Notes under the pieces: generated by a model | Told to the model about the DNA's origin: nothing | Databases searched by the model: none | The model's input: only the letters and a program-made list of their open reading frames with translations | Part shown: positions 13,866 to 25,942 of the stretch, piece by piece | How positions within the stretch are numbered: position 1 is the first letter of the stretch | Layout: every line of letters starts with the position of its first letter | Position numbers and translations under genes: made by a program | DNA from: Octopus vulgaris | Taxonomy: Eukaryota | DNA: 64,000 bases | Assembly (NCBI GenBank): GCA_951406725.2 | Contig: OX597836.1 | Coordinates: forward strand, 32,984,001 to 33,048,000 | Direction: 5' to 3'

Positions 13866-14547
13866 ATATATCTATCTATCTATCTTTCTATATATCTATC
13901 TATCTATCCATCCATGTGCCTTTCTATCTACCCACCTATGTGTCTGTCATTTTAATATCTATCTATTCTTCTTTCTCATTCTCTCACTAGCTCTCTCTCG
14001 CTGTCACTCCCTCCCACTCTCTCTCTTTATTAGACTAAAAAAATTACTCATCAACTGACACAACAAAACCACTATCAACACCAACACCACCACAACCGCC
14101 CTGCACACTACAACCCGCAACCACACCCATGCAATCACACCATCACGGCAACCATATTCCAATTTCACTACCATGTCACTGCCTCAAATGCGACTGAAGA
14201 ACTTTAAGGGAAGGATTTATTAATGAATTTTGAAGGACATTTTTCAGAACAGAATTTTCTTTTATATCTCTGTCTATCACTCTCTTTCTCTCTGATACAT
14301 ACACATATGTATATGCGTGTATTTGTATGTGTGTGTGTGTGTGTGTCTGTGTGTGTGTAGTAATAATCATCACAGAAAAATGTAATTGGTGTTTTAGGCT
14401 TTATATAATATACACGTGTTTCTACAACTTTCGGCAAGTGGAATGTTGTTGCATAAGCCAGTTAGCAGTATTATGTAATAGCATATACCCACTTCTTCTG
14501 CATTATCAGCAAAAAAAACTTTGCTGACATATATATATATATATATA

Positions 14548-14594
<47 letters not shown>

Positions 14595-14611
14595 ATGTGT
14601 GTGTGTGTGTG

Positions 14612-14920
14612 TGTGTATGTATTATTAAACAAAAATTTTGTTGACAGGATTTTGAAGCTTTGGCTAGCTAAGCAATTGTGGTTGGCAGTCCAACTATGAC
14701 TATATATATATATATCAATGTTTGTTTTTATATTCAGTTACAATAAAAACATTTTACATTAATCTGATGGATTATTCCATACTTTTGTAGAGTATAATTT
14801 TATTATACTTAAACAGGAATGTTGTTGACAGGACTTTGAAATTTCGGTCAGCTAAGTCATAGTTGGACCTCCAACCACAATTGCTGTCAACAAAATTTTT
14901 GTTCAATAATACACGCATAC
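14612..14920. repeat. Rearranged fold-back repeat with a B-box-like segment
   Basis: tattaaacaaaaattttgttgacag / ctgtcaacaaaatttttgttcaata and gcaattgtggttgg..gtccaactatgac / gtcatagttggac..ccaaccacaattgc are inverted pairs. Confidence 0.6.
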
Positions 14921-14967
14921 ACACACACACACACATATATATATGATGATACATATATACATATATA

Positions 14968-15150
14968 TATATTGAGAATAACAAGGTAGTCAGAATGCTG
15001 GATGATTATATATATTTTTATTTACATTTTTAGCGCTTTCGTCTGTTATTGGATTTTTGATAAATCTGATAATGCAAGAAAGTGCTAAAAATGTAAATAA
15101 AAATATATATAATCGTCCAACATTCTGACTACCCTGTTACTCTCAATATA
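14968..15150. repeat. Near-perfect palindrome (about 85-bp arms) with head-to-head decayed hammerhead-like motifs
   Basis: attgagaataacaaggtagtcagaatg... pairs with ...cattctgactaccctgttactctcaat. The centre has CTGATAA-tgcaa-GAAA-GTGC-TA on + and GAAA-GCGC-TA on -. Confidence 0.75.
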
Positions 15151-15216
15151 CAATATCTGTACATCACTTCAAAAGCACACTACAAACAAACATACATACA
15201 TACATACATACATACA

Positions 15217-15251
<35 letters not shown>

Positions 15252-15295
15252 CTCTATATATAATATACATGCACTCACACACATATATATATACA

Positions 15296-15510
15296 CTTTA
15301 TTTGTGGATTAACAATGCAACAAATGGTTTCATGTGGAAGACATCTCATCCAAAATAGGAACAATTACCAGCATTTCCAAGCAGATCACATGAAAAATTG
15401 TAGAGGTCTCTTCCACATGAAACCGTTGGTTGCCTTTTTAATCTCCAAATGAAGAATATTTGTCCACCAATGCAGTGTTGAGCACTCATTTTTATTGTTC
15501 AATTCTAGCT
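15296..15510. repeat. Fold-back element; its 3' flank is shared with 10508-10595
   Basis: ggtttcatgtggaaga / tcttccacatgaaacc inverted arms (15296-15454). The tail caaatgaaga...accaatgca.tgttgagcactcattt recurs at about 10535-10585. Confidence 0.65.
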
Positions 15511-17061
15511 TGTGTGTGTGTGTGTCCTTGCCTTATTCATCATGTAAAAGCTTTCAACAAATGTTGCCCTCATCGGAGCAATGTCATTTGTTTGTAACTG
15601 GAAACCAGGGAAAATAGTTGGCAGGAAGGGTAACCAACTATAGAAAATCTGCCTCAGCAAATTCCATCTGACTCAAGCAAGAACAGGAAAGTGGACATTC
15701 AGTGATGATGATGATGATGATGTCAATAGTGACAACAACTACAATAACAGTGATGGTGGTGGTGGTGGTGGTGGTGGTGATGACAACGACGATGATGGTG
15801 GTGGTGGTGGTGATGACGCCGCTGAGATGCCAACAACAAGACAACAACGATGACAGCGATGATTATGGTGATAGTGGTGATGATGATGACGATGATGACA
15901 GTGGCGATGGTGTTGGTAGTGGTGATGATGATGATACCAATGACAATAACAATGATGATGATGTTGATGATGGTGGTGGTGGTGGTGATGATGATTATGA
16001 TGACAATGACAACGACAATGACGACGATGATGATGGTGATGATGATGACAATGACATCAATGACAATAACGATGACGACGATGATGATGATTCCAATGAC
16101 GACAACCACAATGTCACCCACCCACCCCCTCGACCACAATTTTGATGATGATGATGATGGTGATGATAATGATGATGATATATACTTATCAGTATCTCTA
16201 ATAATGCCATGTCATTATTCACTGTTTCTTATCTAAAGCAATTTCCTACCTGTCAAAGGGGCAAATTATTTCACTTCGTTAGTGTTTTCTCACTTGGTTC
16301 TATCTCATTTATTTACTTCTAGCTTACACTCTTGTCTCTTTCTTTTTTTTTTGTAGTATTCCTCTTTATATCTGTTTTGTCCTTCTCTCTATTTTTGTCT
16401 GTTGTATTATCGTTTAGCCCCAAACAAAACCCTCATTGAGTAGACTTTTAGTACAACCCTTTTCATCCCAAACTACCTGAGACTGACCCTGATTCTATAA
16501 TACAAGTTCACTAATTTAAAGTGTTCTAAAGTAAAACTTTCCATCAAAATTTCATCTTATTTTTACCAGAAATAATCCTTTTTACTGGAAACACAAGGCC
16601 TCAGATTTGGGGGAAGGGATTAAGTCGATTACATCGATCCCTAGTGTGTAACTGGTACTTATTTAATTGACCCAGATAGGATAAAAGTCCAAAGTCAACC
16701 TCAGCGGAATTTGAACTCAGAATGTGAAGACAGATGAAATACCACAAAGCATTCTGCTTGGTGTGCTAACAATTCTACCAGCTTGTCACCCTATTTTCAC
16801 GAGAAATAATAATAATAATCTTTTCTAATGTAAGCACAAGGCCTGAGATTTGGTGGAGGTGTTAAGTCAATTACATCGACCCCAGTACCCAGCTGGTACT
16901 TAATTTATCAACCCCAAAAGGATGAAAGGCAAAGCCAACCCCAGTGGAATTTGAACTCAGATTGTAAATTTATTTTCTGCCATTTCTCTTCATCTGTCTG
17001 TTAGCTTTTCAATGCTTTATTTGGAAAATTTGGGTGGGTTTTGAATTATCTTCTCATTTTC

Positions 17062-17590
17062 CTTGTTTCACTCATTAGACTGTGGCCATGCTGGGGCACC
17101 ACCTGAAAGAACTTTTGGTCAGAAAAAATATTTAGTCAAAAAATTCACTCTTTATTTCTTTTCTTTTCTTTAAGCCTGGTATTTATTCTATCGGTCATTT
17201 TTGCTGAACCACTAAATTAGAGGAGACGTAAACTCACCAACACCAGTTGTTAAGTGGTGATGGGGGCAAAAACAGACACAAAAGATACACACACATATAT
17301 GATAGGCTTCTTTTAGTTTCCATTTACTCAATCCACTCTCAAGGCTTTGGTCTGCCCAGGGCTATACTAGAAACACTTGCCCAAGATGTCACACACTTGT
17401 GGGACTGAATCCACAAACATATATACATAAGCACAGACATGGCTGTGTGGTGAGAAGCTAGCTTCTCAACCACATGGTTCCAGGTTCAGTCCTACTGTGT
17501 GATACCTTGGGCAAGTGTCCTCATGCCAACTACAGCCATGTGAGTGGATTTGGTCAATGGAAACTGAAAGAAGCCTATCGGTGTATGTAT
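17062..17590. mobile_element. Two older SINE family A copies, head to head
   Basis: Minus copy at about 17062-17415 and plus-strand 5' half at about 17430-17590. Confidence 0.75.
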
Positions 17591-17670
17591 ATACATATAT
17601 ATATAAATAAATTTAGAAAATGGAGATGTAGCATTAATATAATTTATTAACTGCAAAAATCCAACATATT

Positions 17671-17751
17671 CTCTTACAGCTGTTTCAATTTAGCCTAAAG
17701 ATTAAATTAGAATAATTCAATCATTGTATTCGGTAAAATCTCATCAGAGAG
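17671..17751 (-). ncRNA. Type I hammerhead ribozyme, intact core
   Basis: Minus strand reads CUCU-CUGAUGA-GAUUUUACC...GGCUAAAUU-GAAA-C-AGCU-G-UA-AGAG: stem I CUCU/AGAG, long stem II, palindromic stem III ACAGCUGU, GUA cleavage triplet. Confidence 0.75.
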
Positions 17752-18289
17752 GTAGAAAAGATATACCGTTAGGTTATTAGGTGTTATGTATTCAAATCAT
17801 CAGCGCAGACTCTAATTAAATATATATATAGGCACAGGTGTGGCTGTGTGGTAAGAAAAAGAATAGAAGACTACCTATTAGAGCAGAATATTTTAAACTT
17901 GTCTTCCTTTCTGGTCTTAGAAAAGTCTAACCCCCGACATTTTCTCATCTAAGCCAGAGAAACACAGGAAAATTGATGTTAAGACAATGAAGACAATTAA
18001 CAACAATGACGATGGTGACAATGATGATGTTCATGATGATGTTAATGATGATGATGGTGGTGGTGGTGGTGGTGGTAGTGGTGGTGGTGGTGGTGGTGGT
18101 GGTGGTGCTTCTGCTGTTGGTAGTGATTATGATGGTGGTGATGATGTATGTATGTATTTGGGAGAATAAGCTTGTATTTCTCTCATCTGACATGTGTTTA
18201 ATTGCTGGTTTGTAACCGTTTGTTCATTCACACACACACACATACACACAAACACACACATGTATACACACACATACATACACACAAAC

Positions 18290-18640
18290 ACACACACACA
18301 TACATGTACATACACACACACACAAACACAAACAAATGCAAACACACTACACATGCACGCACAAACATGCATGCACACATACACATACATACACACACAC
18401 ACACACACACATACATGTACATACACACACACACACAAACAAATGCAAACACACTACACATGCACGCACAAACATGCATGCACACATACACGTACATACA
18501 CACACACACACACACACATACATGTACATACACACACACACAAACACAAACAAATGCAAACACACTACACATGCACGCACAAACATGCATGCACACATAC
18601 ACGTACATACACACACACACACACACACACACACGTGCAC
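18290..18640. repeat. Compound CA-rich minisatellite, unit about 115-120 bp, 3 copies
   Basis: aaacaaatgcaaacacactacacatgcacgcacaaacatgcatgcacac occurs three times. Confidence 0.85.
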
Positions 18641-18769
18641 GCACTTTCTCCTCAAAAGTCTTTTTTTTCTTTCATTTCTGTCTTTCTTTTTTTTCTTCTT
18701 GCTGTTCTTTCCAATACTAAATCATTACAAGACACCAAATCACTTAAAAAGACACACTGCTCACTCTTC

Positions 18770-19333
18770 AACCACCACTGCCATCATTATCATCATCATC
18801 ATCAGCAGCTGCAGCAACCTCATGGTCATTATCATTATTGTCGGCAGCACAACATCAACATCATCATCGTCATCATCACCATCATCATTGTTGCCAACAT
18901 TCTACTAACACTGCTACTAACACCATCACCATCATAATATTCTCTATATCGGCATCGTCTTACCACTACCACCACCACCAACATCTCTTCCTACATGTCA
19001 TTACCTTTACCATCAAAATCATCATCATCATCATTGTTGTCATTATTATGATTGTTATTTATCATCATCATCACCACCACCACTACCATCACCATCATCG
19101 CCATTATCATCATCATCATCACCACCACCAACATCATCATCATCATCATCATCATTACCATCATCACCATCACTACCACCACCACCACCACCTTCATCAT
19201 CATCATCACCACCACCACTACCATCACCATCATCATCCTCACCATCATTGCCATCATCATCACCATCACCACCACCAACATCATCATCATCATCATCATT
19301 ACCATCATCACCATCACCACCACCACCACCACC

Positions 19334-19370
<37 letters not shown>

Positions 19371-19795
19371 CCATCATCACCATCACCACCATCACCACCA
19401 CCACCACCAACATCATCATCATCATTAGATGAGTATCCTGGAACTCCCAGTTTCTTTATTTTGAAAACTTCTTCCTGTTCATCCTTGCAGTCATTAAACT
19501 AACAAACCACCCACCCGCCCAGTTCCCTCGTCCACCCAACCAGCCCATCGACCCTTCATGAAGAAACATTGTCTGTCACTGCTGTCATCACATCACCATC
19601 TTCAAATCTCATCATCATCAGCATCACCACAATAATTGTTGTCATAATCATCCTCATCATCATCATCATCATCATCATCATTAATCATCATATCATCGTC
19701 ATCATCATCATCATCAATCATCATTACCATCAATCATCATCATCATCGTTGTTGTTGTCATCATCACTTTCACCATCACCACCACCACGATCACT

Positions 19796-19827
<32 letters not shown>

Positions 19828-20000
19828 TATCATCACCTTAGTTGTCATCATCATTGTTATCACCATCATCATTATCGTCATCATCATCATAGTCGTCATT
19901 GTTTGTCACCATCATCAACATCATTATTTTTCATCATTGTCGTCTACCTATGGTAGAAAGGATTATTATTATCATCATCATCATCATCATTATTATTATT
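18770..20000. repeat. (CAT)n/(CAC)n trinucleotide microsatellite field
   Basis: Source of the poly-H/I/S ORFs. Similar fields at about 15700-16180, 25390-26710, 32360-32765, 40145-40510, 53190-53490 and 55735-56030. Confidence 0.95.
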
Positions 20001-20314
20001 ACTAAGGTGGTGAGCTGACAGAATCGTTAGCACGTCAGGCAATATGCTTAGCAGCATTCGGTCTGTCTGCACGTTCTGAGTTCAAATTCCACCAAGGTCA
20101 ACTTTGCCTTTTATCCCTTCACGATGAATGAAACAAGTACCAGTTACTCACAGGGGTCAATGTAACCAACTAGCCCCCTCCCCCCAAATTTTTCAGGCCT
20201 TGTGCCTATAGCCGAAAGGATTATTAGTCAGCCTGGCACTAAAGAGTAGGGGTCACGGAACAATATTTATTTACACCAACATTGTTCCCTTGATTTGAAA
20301 GGAAGAAAACCATA

Positions 20315-20715
20315 GATTCGTTGATTTCAGAAACCTGGACGTTATCAAAGAAGCTTGAGAGGCGGTTGGATGGAACTTACACTCGCCTCCTTATGAGAGC
20401 TCAAAATCTCTCGTGGAAGCGTCATCCAACCAAAGTTCAAATATATGGGAAACAACCACCTGTATCATCTCTTGTGAAAGGTAGAAGAGTCCAGTTTGCT
20501 GGACATTGTTGTAGAGCTGAAAACGAGGTGATTTCTACTCTTCTCCTCTGGAAACCATCTGCTCACGATCCCAGAGGGCGCACACTCTCCTACTGTAATC
20601 TCCAGGGATACAGACATCCAGCAACAGGACCTCCGTAATGCTACGATGGACCGTGAAGTCTGGCGTAACATAGTAAATTCCATTGTCGCGACCACGGTCG
20701 AACAATGGTGATGAT
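20315..20715 (+). pseudogene. 5'-truncated RTE/RTEX-like LINE 3' end
   Basis: SETWTLSKKLERRLDGTYTRLLMRAQNLSWKRHPTK...RRVQFAGHCCRAE...LLLWKP, typical of the post-RT C-terminus of RTE-group ORFs; ends in a short TGA/TGAT tail. Confidence 0.85.
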
Positions 20716-20851
20716 TGATTTCAAAAGGTTTATTGAATCAGTTTTATTGAATTTATTTCCACATCCATTACATTGGACAGATGCAGTGTTGCCAAAAGAA
20801 GAATTTCTGTCATAACAAGGAACACATTTTTTAATATTATTTTACTTATAT

Positions 20852-21025
20852 AGGCGCAGGAGTGGCTGTGTGGTGAGTAGCTTGCTAACCAACCACATGG
20901 TTCCGGGTTCAGTCCCACTGTGTGGCATCTTGGGCAAGTGTCTTCTGCTATAACCCCGGGCCGACCAATGCCTTGTGAGTGGATTTGGTAGACGGAAACT
21001 GAAAGAAGCCTGTCGTATATATGTG

Positions 21026-21060
<35 letters not shown>

Positions 21061-21273
21061 ATGTGTTTGTGTGTCCCCCTAGCATTGCTTGACAACCGAT
21101 GCTGGTGTGTTTACGTCCCCGTCACTTAGCGGTTCGGCAAAAGAGACCGATAGAATAAGTACTGGGCTTACAAAGAATAAGTCCTTGGGTCGATTTGCTT
21201 GACTAAAGGTGGTGCTCCAGCATGGCCGCAGTCAAATGACTGAAACAAGTAAAAGAGTAAAAGAGAGTAAAGA
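20852..21273 (+). mobile_element. tRNA-derived SINE family A, full-length
   Basis: Head GGCGCAGGAGTGGCTGTGTGG (A-box), GGTTCAGTCCC (B-box), body cttgggcaagtgtcttct, internal TA/TG microsatellite, (GAGTAAAA)n tail; many homologues in the window. Confidence 0.9.
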
Positions 21274-21662
21274 GATATCTAATGAGTCCTCATTCCCCAC
21301 TAGAATTTCATTTTTACCCCACTTGGGGTAATTTACTCCGGCTTACTGACCCTTGATATTAGAGGAAGACACTTGCTTCAAGGTACCGAGCAGTGGAACT
21401 GAACCCCAAAACATGAAATTATTAACCAAGCTTCTAAACCACGCAGCAATGCATGCCTCCCACTATTTCAAATTTTACATTTTTTGCTCTCTTTTTTTTT
21501 CCATATTTTTATCTAATTTTTATTATTGTTTTTTTCTCCTCCTTTCTTCTTTCATTTCTCATTTTTTTTTTCTTCATTGCATTTTCATCGCTGTTGTTTA
21601 TTTTGCTTCTCATTTAATGTTTTTGTTTTTTATTTTTGTCATTTTTTTTTTTTTTTCATCAG

Positions 21663-21844
21663 GTTCCCTGACTTTGGACTTGAATCATTTCCCACGAGGT
21701 GCCAAATCCTCAAAATTATGTACCCTTGACATGCTAAAAACTGATGGAACCGTGCCCCAGATGTCATTATTCAAACACAAGAGAGTGAAGGGTTGGTGGC
21801 CGTTTGCAGTGAAGAACGAGAACAATGACGAGTACGAACTGACG
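21663..21844 (+). CDS. OTOF: Internal exon of an otoferlin-like ferlin (end of the C-terminal C2 domain)
   Basis: Long poly-T tract then AG acceptor (21661-21662) and ACG|GTAAGC donor (21845). Phase 1 start, phase 0 end. Translates (G)[60 protein letters not shown], matching the otoferlin/FER1L6-type signature LDLNxFPRGAK...[13 protein letters not shown]...NENDEFELT recalled from vertebrate otoferlin. Confidence 0.93.
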
Positions 21845-21931
21845 GTAAGCCTGCTTGCCTCCTCCGTGGCTTTTCCTCTCCTCTTCGAATCCACGATTCT
21901 CTTCTTCGTGCTGCCGTTGTTGTTGTAGTCG

Positions 21932-21962
<31 letters not shown>

Positions 21963-22087
21963 CATCCCCCTCCTCCTCCACCTATCTCTTCTTTTTCTTC
22001 TTCTCTTCCTCCAGTTTGCTTACTTTTACAGGCAACCAGAGAGCTTTGGCCACTCCTCGAAAAATTTTATAAGCAAGAAAAAAATAA

Positions 22088-22207
<120 letters not shown>

Positions 22208-22478
22208 TACGTAATATATACTCTATATATATATATATATGTATATATAATATATTTAGATATATATATATATATAAAATATATTATATATATATGTGTG
22301 TATATATGATATATATTACGTATTTACATATATATACTATGATGCATCATCTCTCGCGGGATATTATTAGACTTCAAAGACATTTTTTGATGACTGTAAA
22401 ATATATATCGTATGAGTACGCATGTAGCCCATGTGCACACAAGTGTGCATATATGCATATGTATGTGTATGTATGCAA

Positions 22479-22524
<46 letters not shown>

Positions 22525-22794
22525 CAGTGCCTATCTTAGAGATTTCCTTCTTATTGATTCCACACTTAAATTTTGATATTATTCTAAAAAAAATATTTCA
22601 AAAATGTAAACCTAATTGTTAATTGCACAAAATGAATGTGAAATTTTCAAAATGATTCTTTTAAAAGTTTGCTCGTCGCAATGTGTCCCCATAATGTTTG
22701 AATTTGTTTATTCACTCAGTCATTCAGTAAGGTCTTTACATGTTGTCATTGTGTATACATAACCCAGCCCCACATTATATTACACATTAATATA

Positions 22795-23030
22795 CAGGGT
22801 GGCCCAAAAGTAGGTTTACAGTTATTCAACTATCTCTTTCGCATTCATATATTAACAGTTTAGATCTTAATTACAAAAAAAATATGAGACCCTTATTCTA
22901 TGCTAATTTAGTTAATTTTGTCAAGATCCCTTTTGAGTTTGTAAGGTAGAAATTTAAATGCAATAAAATGTTTTAAAAGGAATTTAAAGTGCTTACATGA
23001 TAACTGTAAGCCGACTTTTGGGACACCCTG
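22795..23030. mobile_element. Tc1/mariner-type MITE
   Basis: TIRs of about 31 bp, CAGGGTGGCCCAAAAGTAGGTTTACAGTTAT / ATAACTGTAAGCCGACTTTTGGGACACCCTG, with TA on both flanks. Confidence 0.85.
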
Positions 23031-23047
23031 TATGGTCAGCAGAGGGT

Positions 23048-24042
23048 CATGAGCTGGCAGAATCGTGGGCACGCCAGGTGAAGTGCTTAGTAGCATTTCA
23101 TCCTTCCTTACGTTTTGAGTTCAAATTCAGCTGAGGTTGACTTTGCCTTTCATCCTTTCTGGGGTCAATAAAGTAATTTACCAGTTGAGTACTGGGGGTC
23201 GATATAATTAGTTTGCCCCCAACCACACTGAAATCTGTGGACTTGTGCCAAAATTTGAAATCGGTTTATGGTCAGCAGCCCTTTATGAATAATATTGTAA
23301 GCTCTGATGGTGGTGAGCTGACAGAAACATTAGCACGCCGGGTGAAATACTTAGCAGTATTCCGTCTGACTTTATGTTCTAAGTTCAAGTTCCGCCAAGG
23401 TCAACTTTGCCTTTCATCCTTTCAAAGTTGATAAATTAAGTACCAGTTGTGTACTGAGGTCAATCTAATGGACTGGCCCCACTCCCCAAAAGTTTTGGGC
23501 ATTGCGCCTAGAGTAGAAAAGTATTATCTTTTATTAACATGCCAGGCAAAATGCTTAGTGGAATTTCGTCTGTCTTTATGTTCTGAGTTCAAATTCCGCC
23601 GGGGTCGACTTTGCTTTTCATCCTTTCAGAGTCAATAAATTAAGTACCGGTTGCATACTGGAATCAATCTAATTGACTGGCCTCCCCTCCCTAAAAATTA
23701 CAGGCCTTGTACCTAGAGTAGTAGACAATATTGTTAGCTGTGTGTGTGCATGCATGTATGTATGTATGTCTGTGTGTGCATGTATTATATATATTGCTAG
23801 TGGTTCATACATAGTAATATTCAACTCTTTCCTTATTTGGTTCTAATGAATTGTAAGCATGCTGGGAAAAAAGCTTAATAGCGTTTCATGTCTTTACATT
23901 CTGAGTTCAAATTCTGCCCAGGTCGACTTTGCATTTCATCCTTTCAGGGTCAATAAAATAAGAACCAGCTGAGCAATGGGGTCGATGTAATCGACATGTT
24001 CCCCTCTCCCAAAACTGCTGGCCTTTTGCCAAAATTTGAAAC
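23048..24042 (+). mobile_element. Cluster of four SINE family C copies
   Basis: Repeated gagctggcagaatcgttagcacgcc...gagttcaaattc...gtcgactttgcctttcatcctttc...gtcgataaattaagtaccagtt units. Other copies at about 5372-5770, 16575-16965, 20004-20225, 36088-36300, 46675-46845, 48636-49030, 54312-54452, 60305-60690 and 61630-61920. Confidence 0.85.
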
Positions 24043-24102
<60 letters not shown>

Positions 24103-24121
24103 TATCATTATTATTATTATT

Positions 24122-24324
24122 CTGTTGTGTCTGGGGAGGAGCATTTTCTTTTTGTACCTTATAATTTTACACACTCACCGGTAACATTTCCAAGACTATT
24201 GAAAAGGTTGCAAGACGCAACGAAAATTTTAGGAGAATAAAAATAAGAAATAAGTGGCAATTTTACAGGTGAGTGTGTTAAATTATAAGGCACAAAAAGA
24301 AAATGACTCTCCCCAGACACAACA
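24122..24324. mobile_element. Fold-back element (about 70-bp arms) with a variant minimal hammerhead in the loop
   Basis: ctgttgtgtctgggga...cactcaccggtaa is inverted as ttacaggtgagtg...ccccagacacaacag. The loop holds CTA-TTGAAAA-GGTTGC-aagac-GCAAC-GAAA-ATT-T-TAG (24196-24232). Adjoins (TTA)n. Confidence 0.7.
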
Positions 24325-24419
24325 GTATATGCTTCAACACATGAACTCACATAAAGAATCTTACAAACCAAATCCAAAAACGAAATTATTATTACTATTA
24401 TTATTATTATTATTATTAC

Positions 24420-24470
<51 letters not shown>

Positions 24471-25117
24471 CATAATTATCATCATGATCATTATCATCAT
24501 CATCATTGCCATCATTGTCATTGCCATCATTGTCATTGTTGTCATCATCAACATCATCATCACCCTCGTCATCACTGTTGTCATCAGTCGTCATCATCAT
24601 AATCGTTGTCGTTGTCATTGCTGTCGACATCATTCATCGAAAGACACTTGCAAGCCAAATTTGATTAATACAAAATTTTGGCGGCCAGTTTTCGGGACAT
24701 TCTGTTAACAGTCAGTTTGAATCATTCATTAACACACACACACACACACACACACACCACCTCTGTTGTAACATATAGATAAGATAAGACAAGATACAAT
24801 CAGATGAGATAGGTATCAATTTTCCTTAGATTTCCTACTAATTCTCATTACTCTACTTCCTAACAACGGGCAATAATTCTATATAATAATTCCTTCCTTC
24901 TCTCCTCTCTTTCCTTGCCATTCTCCCTTGTCTACCGAATCCAAATCCGCCTCCTACCAACCACACACACACACAGTTCGGAATTAATATTAAGTTTGAG
25001 GAGCATCTTCAGCGCTTGGCTTGCACGTTTGTATACGAAATATGCTCCGATCGGCTAAGACCTGTCATTAAGTGAGGATGTAAGATATACTTTTTTCATG
25101 TGTATATAATAATGATA

Positions 25118-25164
<47 letters not shown>

Positions 25165-25166
25165 AA

Positions 25167-25204
<38 letters not shown>

Positions 25205-25331
25205 TGATAATAATAATGATAATAATGAGACTTCAGTCTATTTGCCTTGTAATAAGTTCTCGTGAATTATTTATCGCCGCTTGACATGAGATGCACACGC
25301 ACGTCATAAAATTCCTGACGGGCCGTGCGTT

Positions 25332-25371
25332 ATGAGTGACCAGTTTCTTCTTGTATTGGTTTTGGTGTTCG
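25332..25371 (+). CDS. Candidate short first coding exon, signal-peptide-like (MSDQFLLVLVLVF)
   Basis: ATG at 25332, hydrophobic run, then a strong phase-1 donor CG|GTGAGT at 25372, within a CpG-containing unique island. No downstream partner exon identified. Confidence 0.2.
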
Positions 25372-25898
25372 GTGAGTTATCTCCGTTATCGTCGTCGTCG
25401 TCGTCGTTGTCGTCATCGTTGTCGTCGTCATCACTACCACTACCACTACCAACCATCATCATCATCATCATCATCATCATCGCAGTTGCTGCCACCACCA
25501 CCACCACCACCATCACCACAGTCATCTCCACCACAACTATTATCAACACTGCCACCACTACCATCACCATCGTCGTCGTCGTCGTCACCACCACCATCCG
25601 CACCATCACCACCGTTGTCATCATCATCATCATCATCATCATCATCAATGCCACCACAGCCACCACCAACACCACCATCTTCACCAACACCATCACTGTC
25701 TTTGTCATCATCATCATCATCATCAATACCACCACAACCACGACCACCACCAGCATCATCGTCGTCATCATCGCCCCCATCCTTACCACCACCATCACTG
25801 TCGTTGTCATCGTCATCAACACCATCACCATCATCATCGTCATCAACACCATCACCATCATCATCATCATCAACACATCATCATCACATCACCATCAC

Positions 25899-25942
<44 letters not shown>

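Noticed and set aside
18838-19502. Poly-His/Ile/Ser ORFs (also at 25.3-26.7, 32.2-32.8, 40.0-40.6 and 53.2-53.5 kb)
   Set aside because: Trinucleotide microsatellites open in many frames on both strands, without splice or homology support.
20730-21095. Recurrent peptides such as YQIHSQGFGRPEAIVEDTCPRCHTVGLNPEPCG and FQSFDCGHAGAPPL
   Set aside because: Incidental translations of SINE family A copies, not a protein family.
21353-21928. 191-aa ORF as a complete gene
   Set aside because: Only 21663-21844 is ferlin-like; the rest is a decayed SINE head, the polypyrimidine tract and intron read-through.
24998-25050. GGAGCAT...ATGCTCC as a pre-miRNA hairpin
   Set aside because: Only about 7 contiguous base pairs; the stem is too short and irregular.
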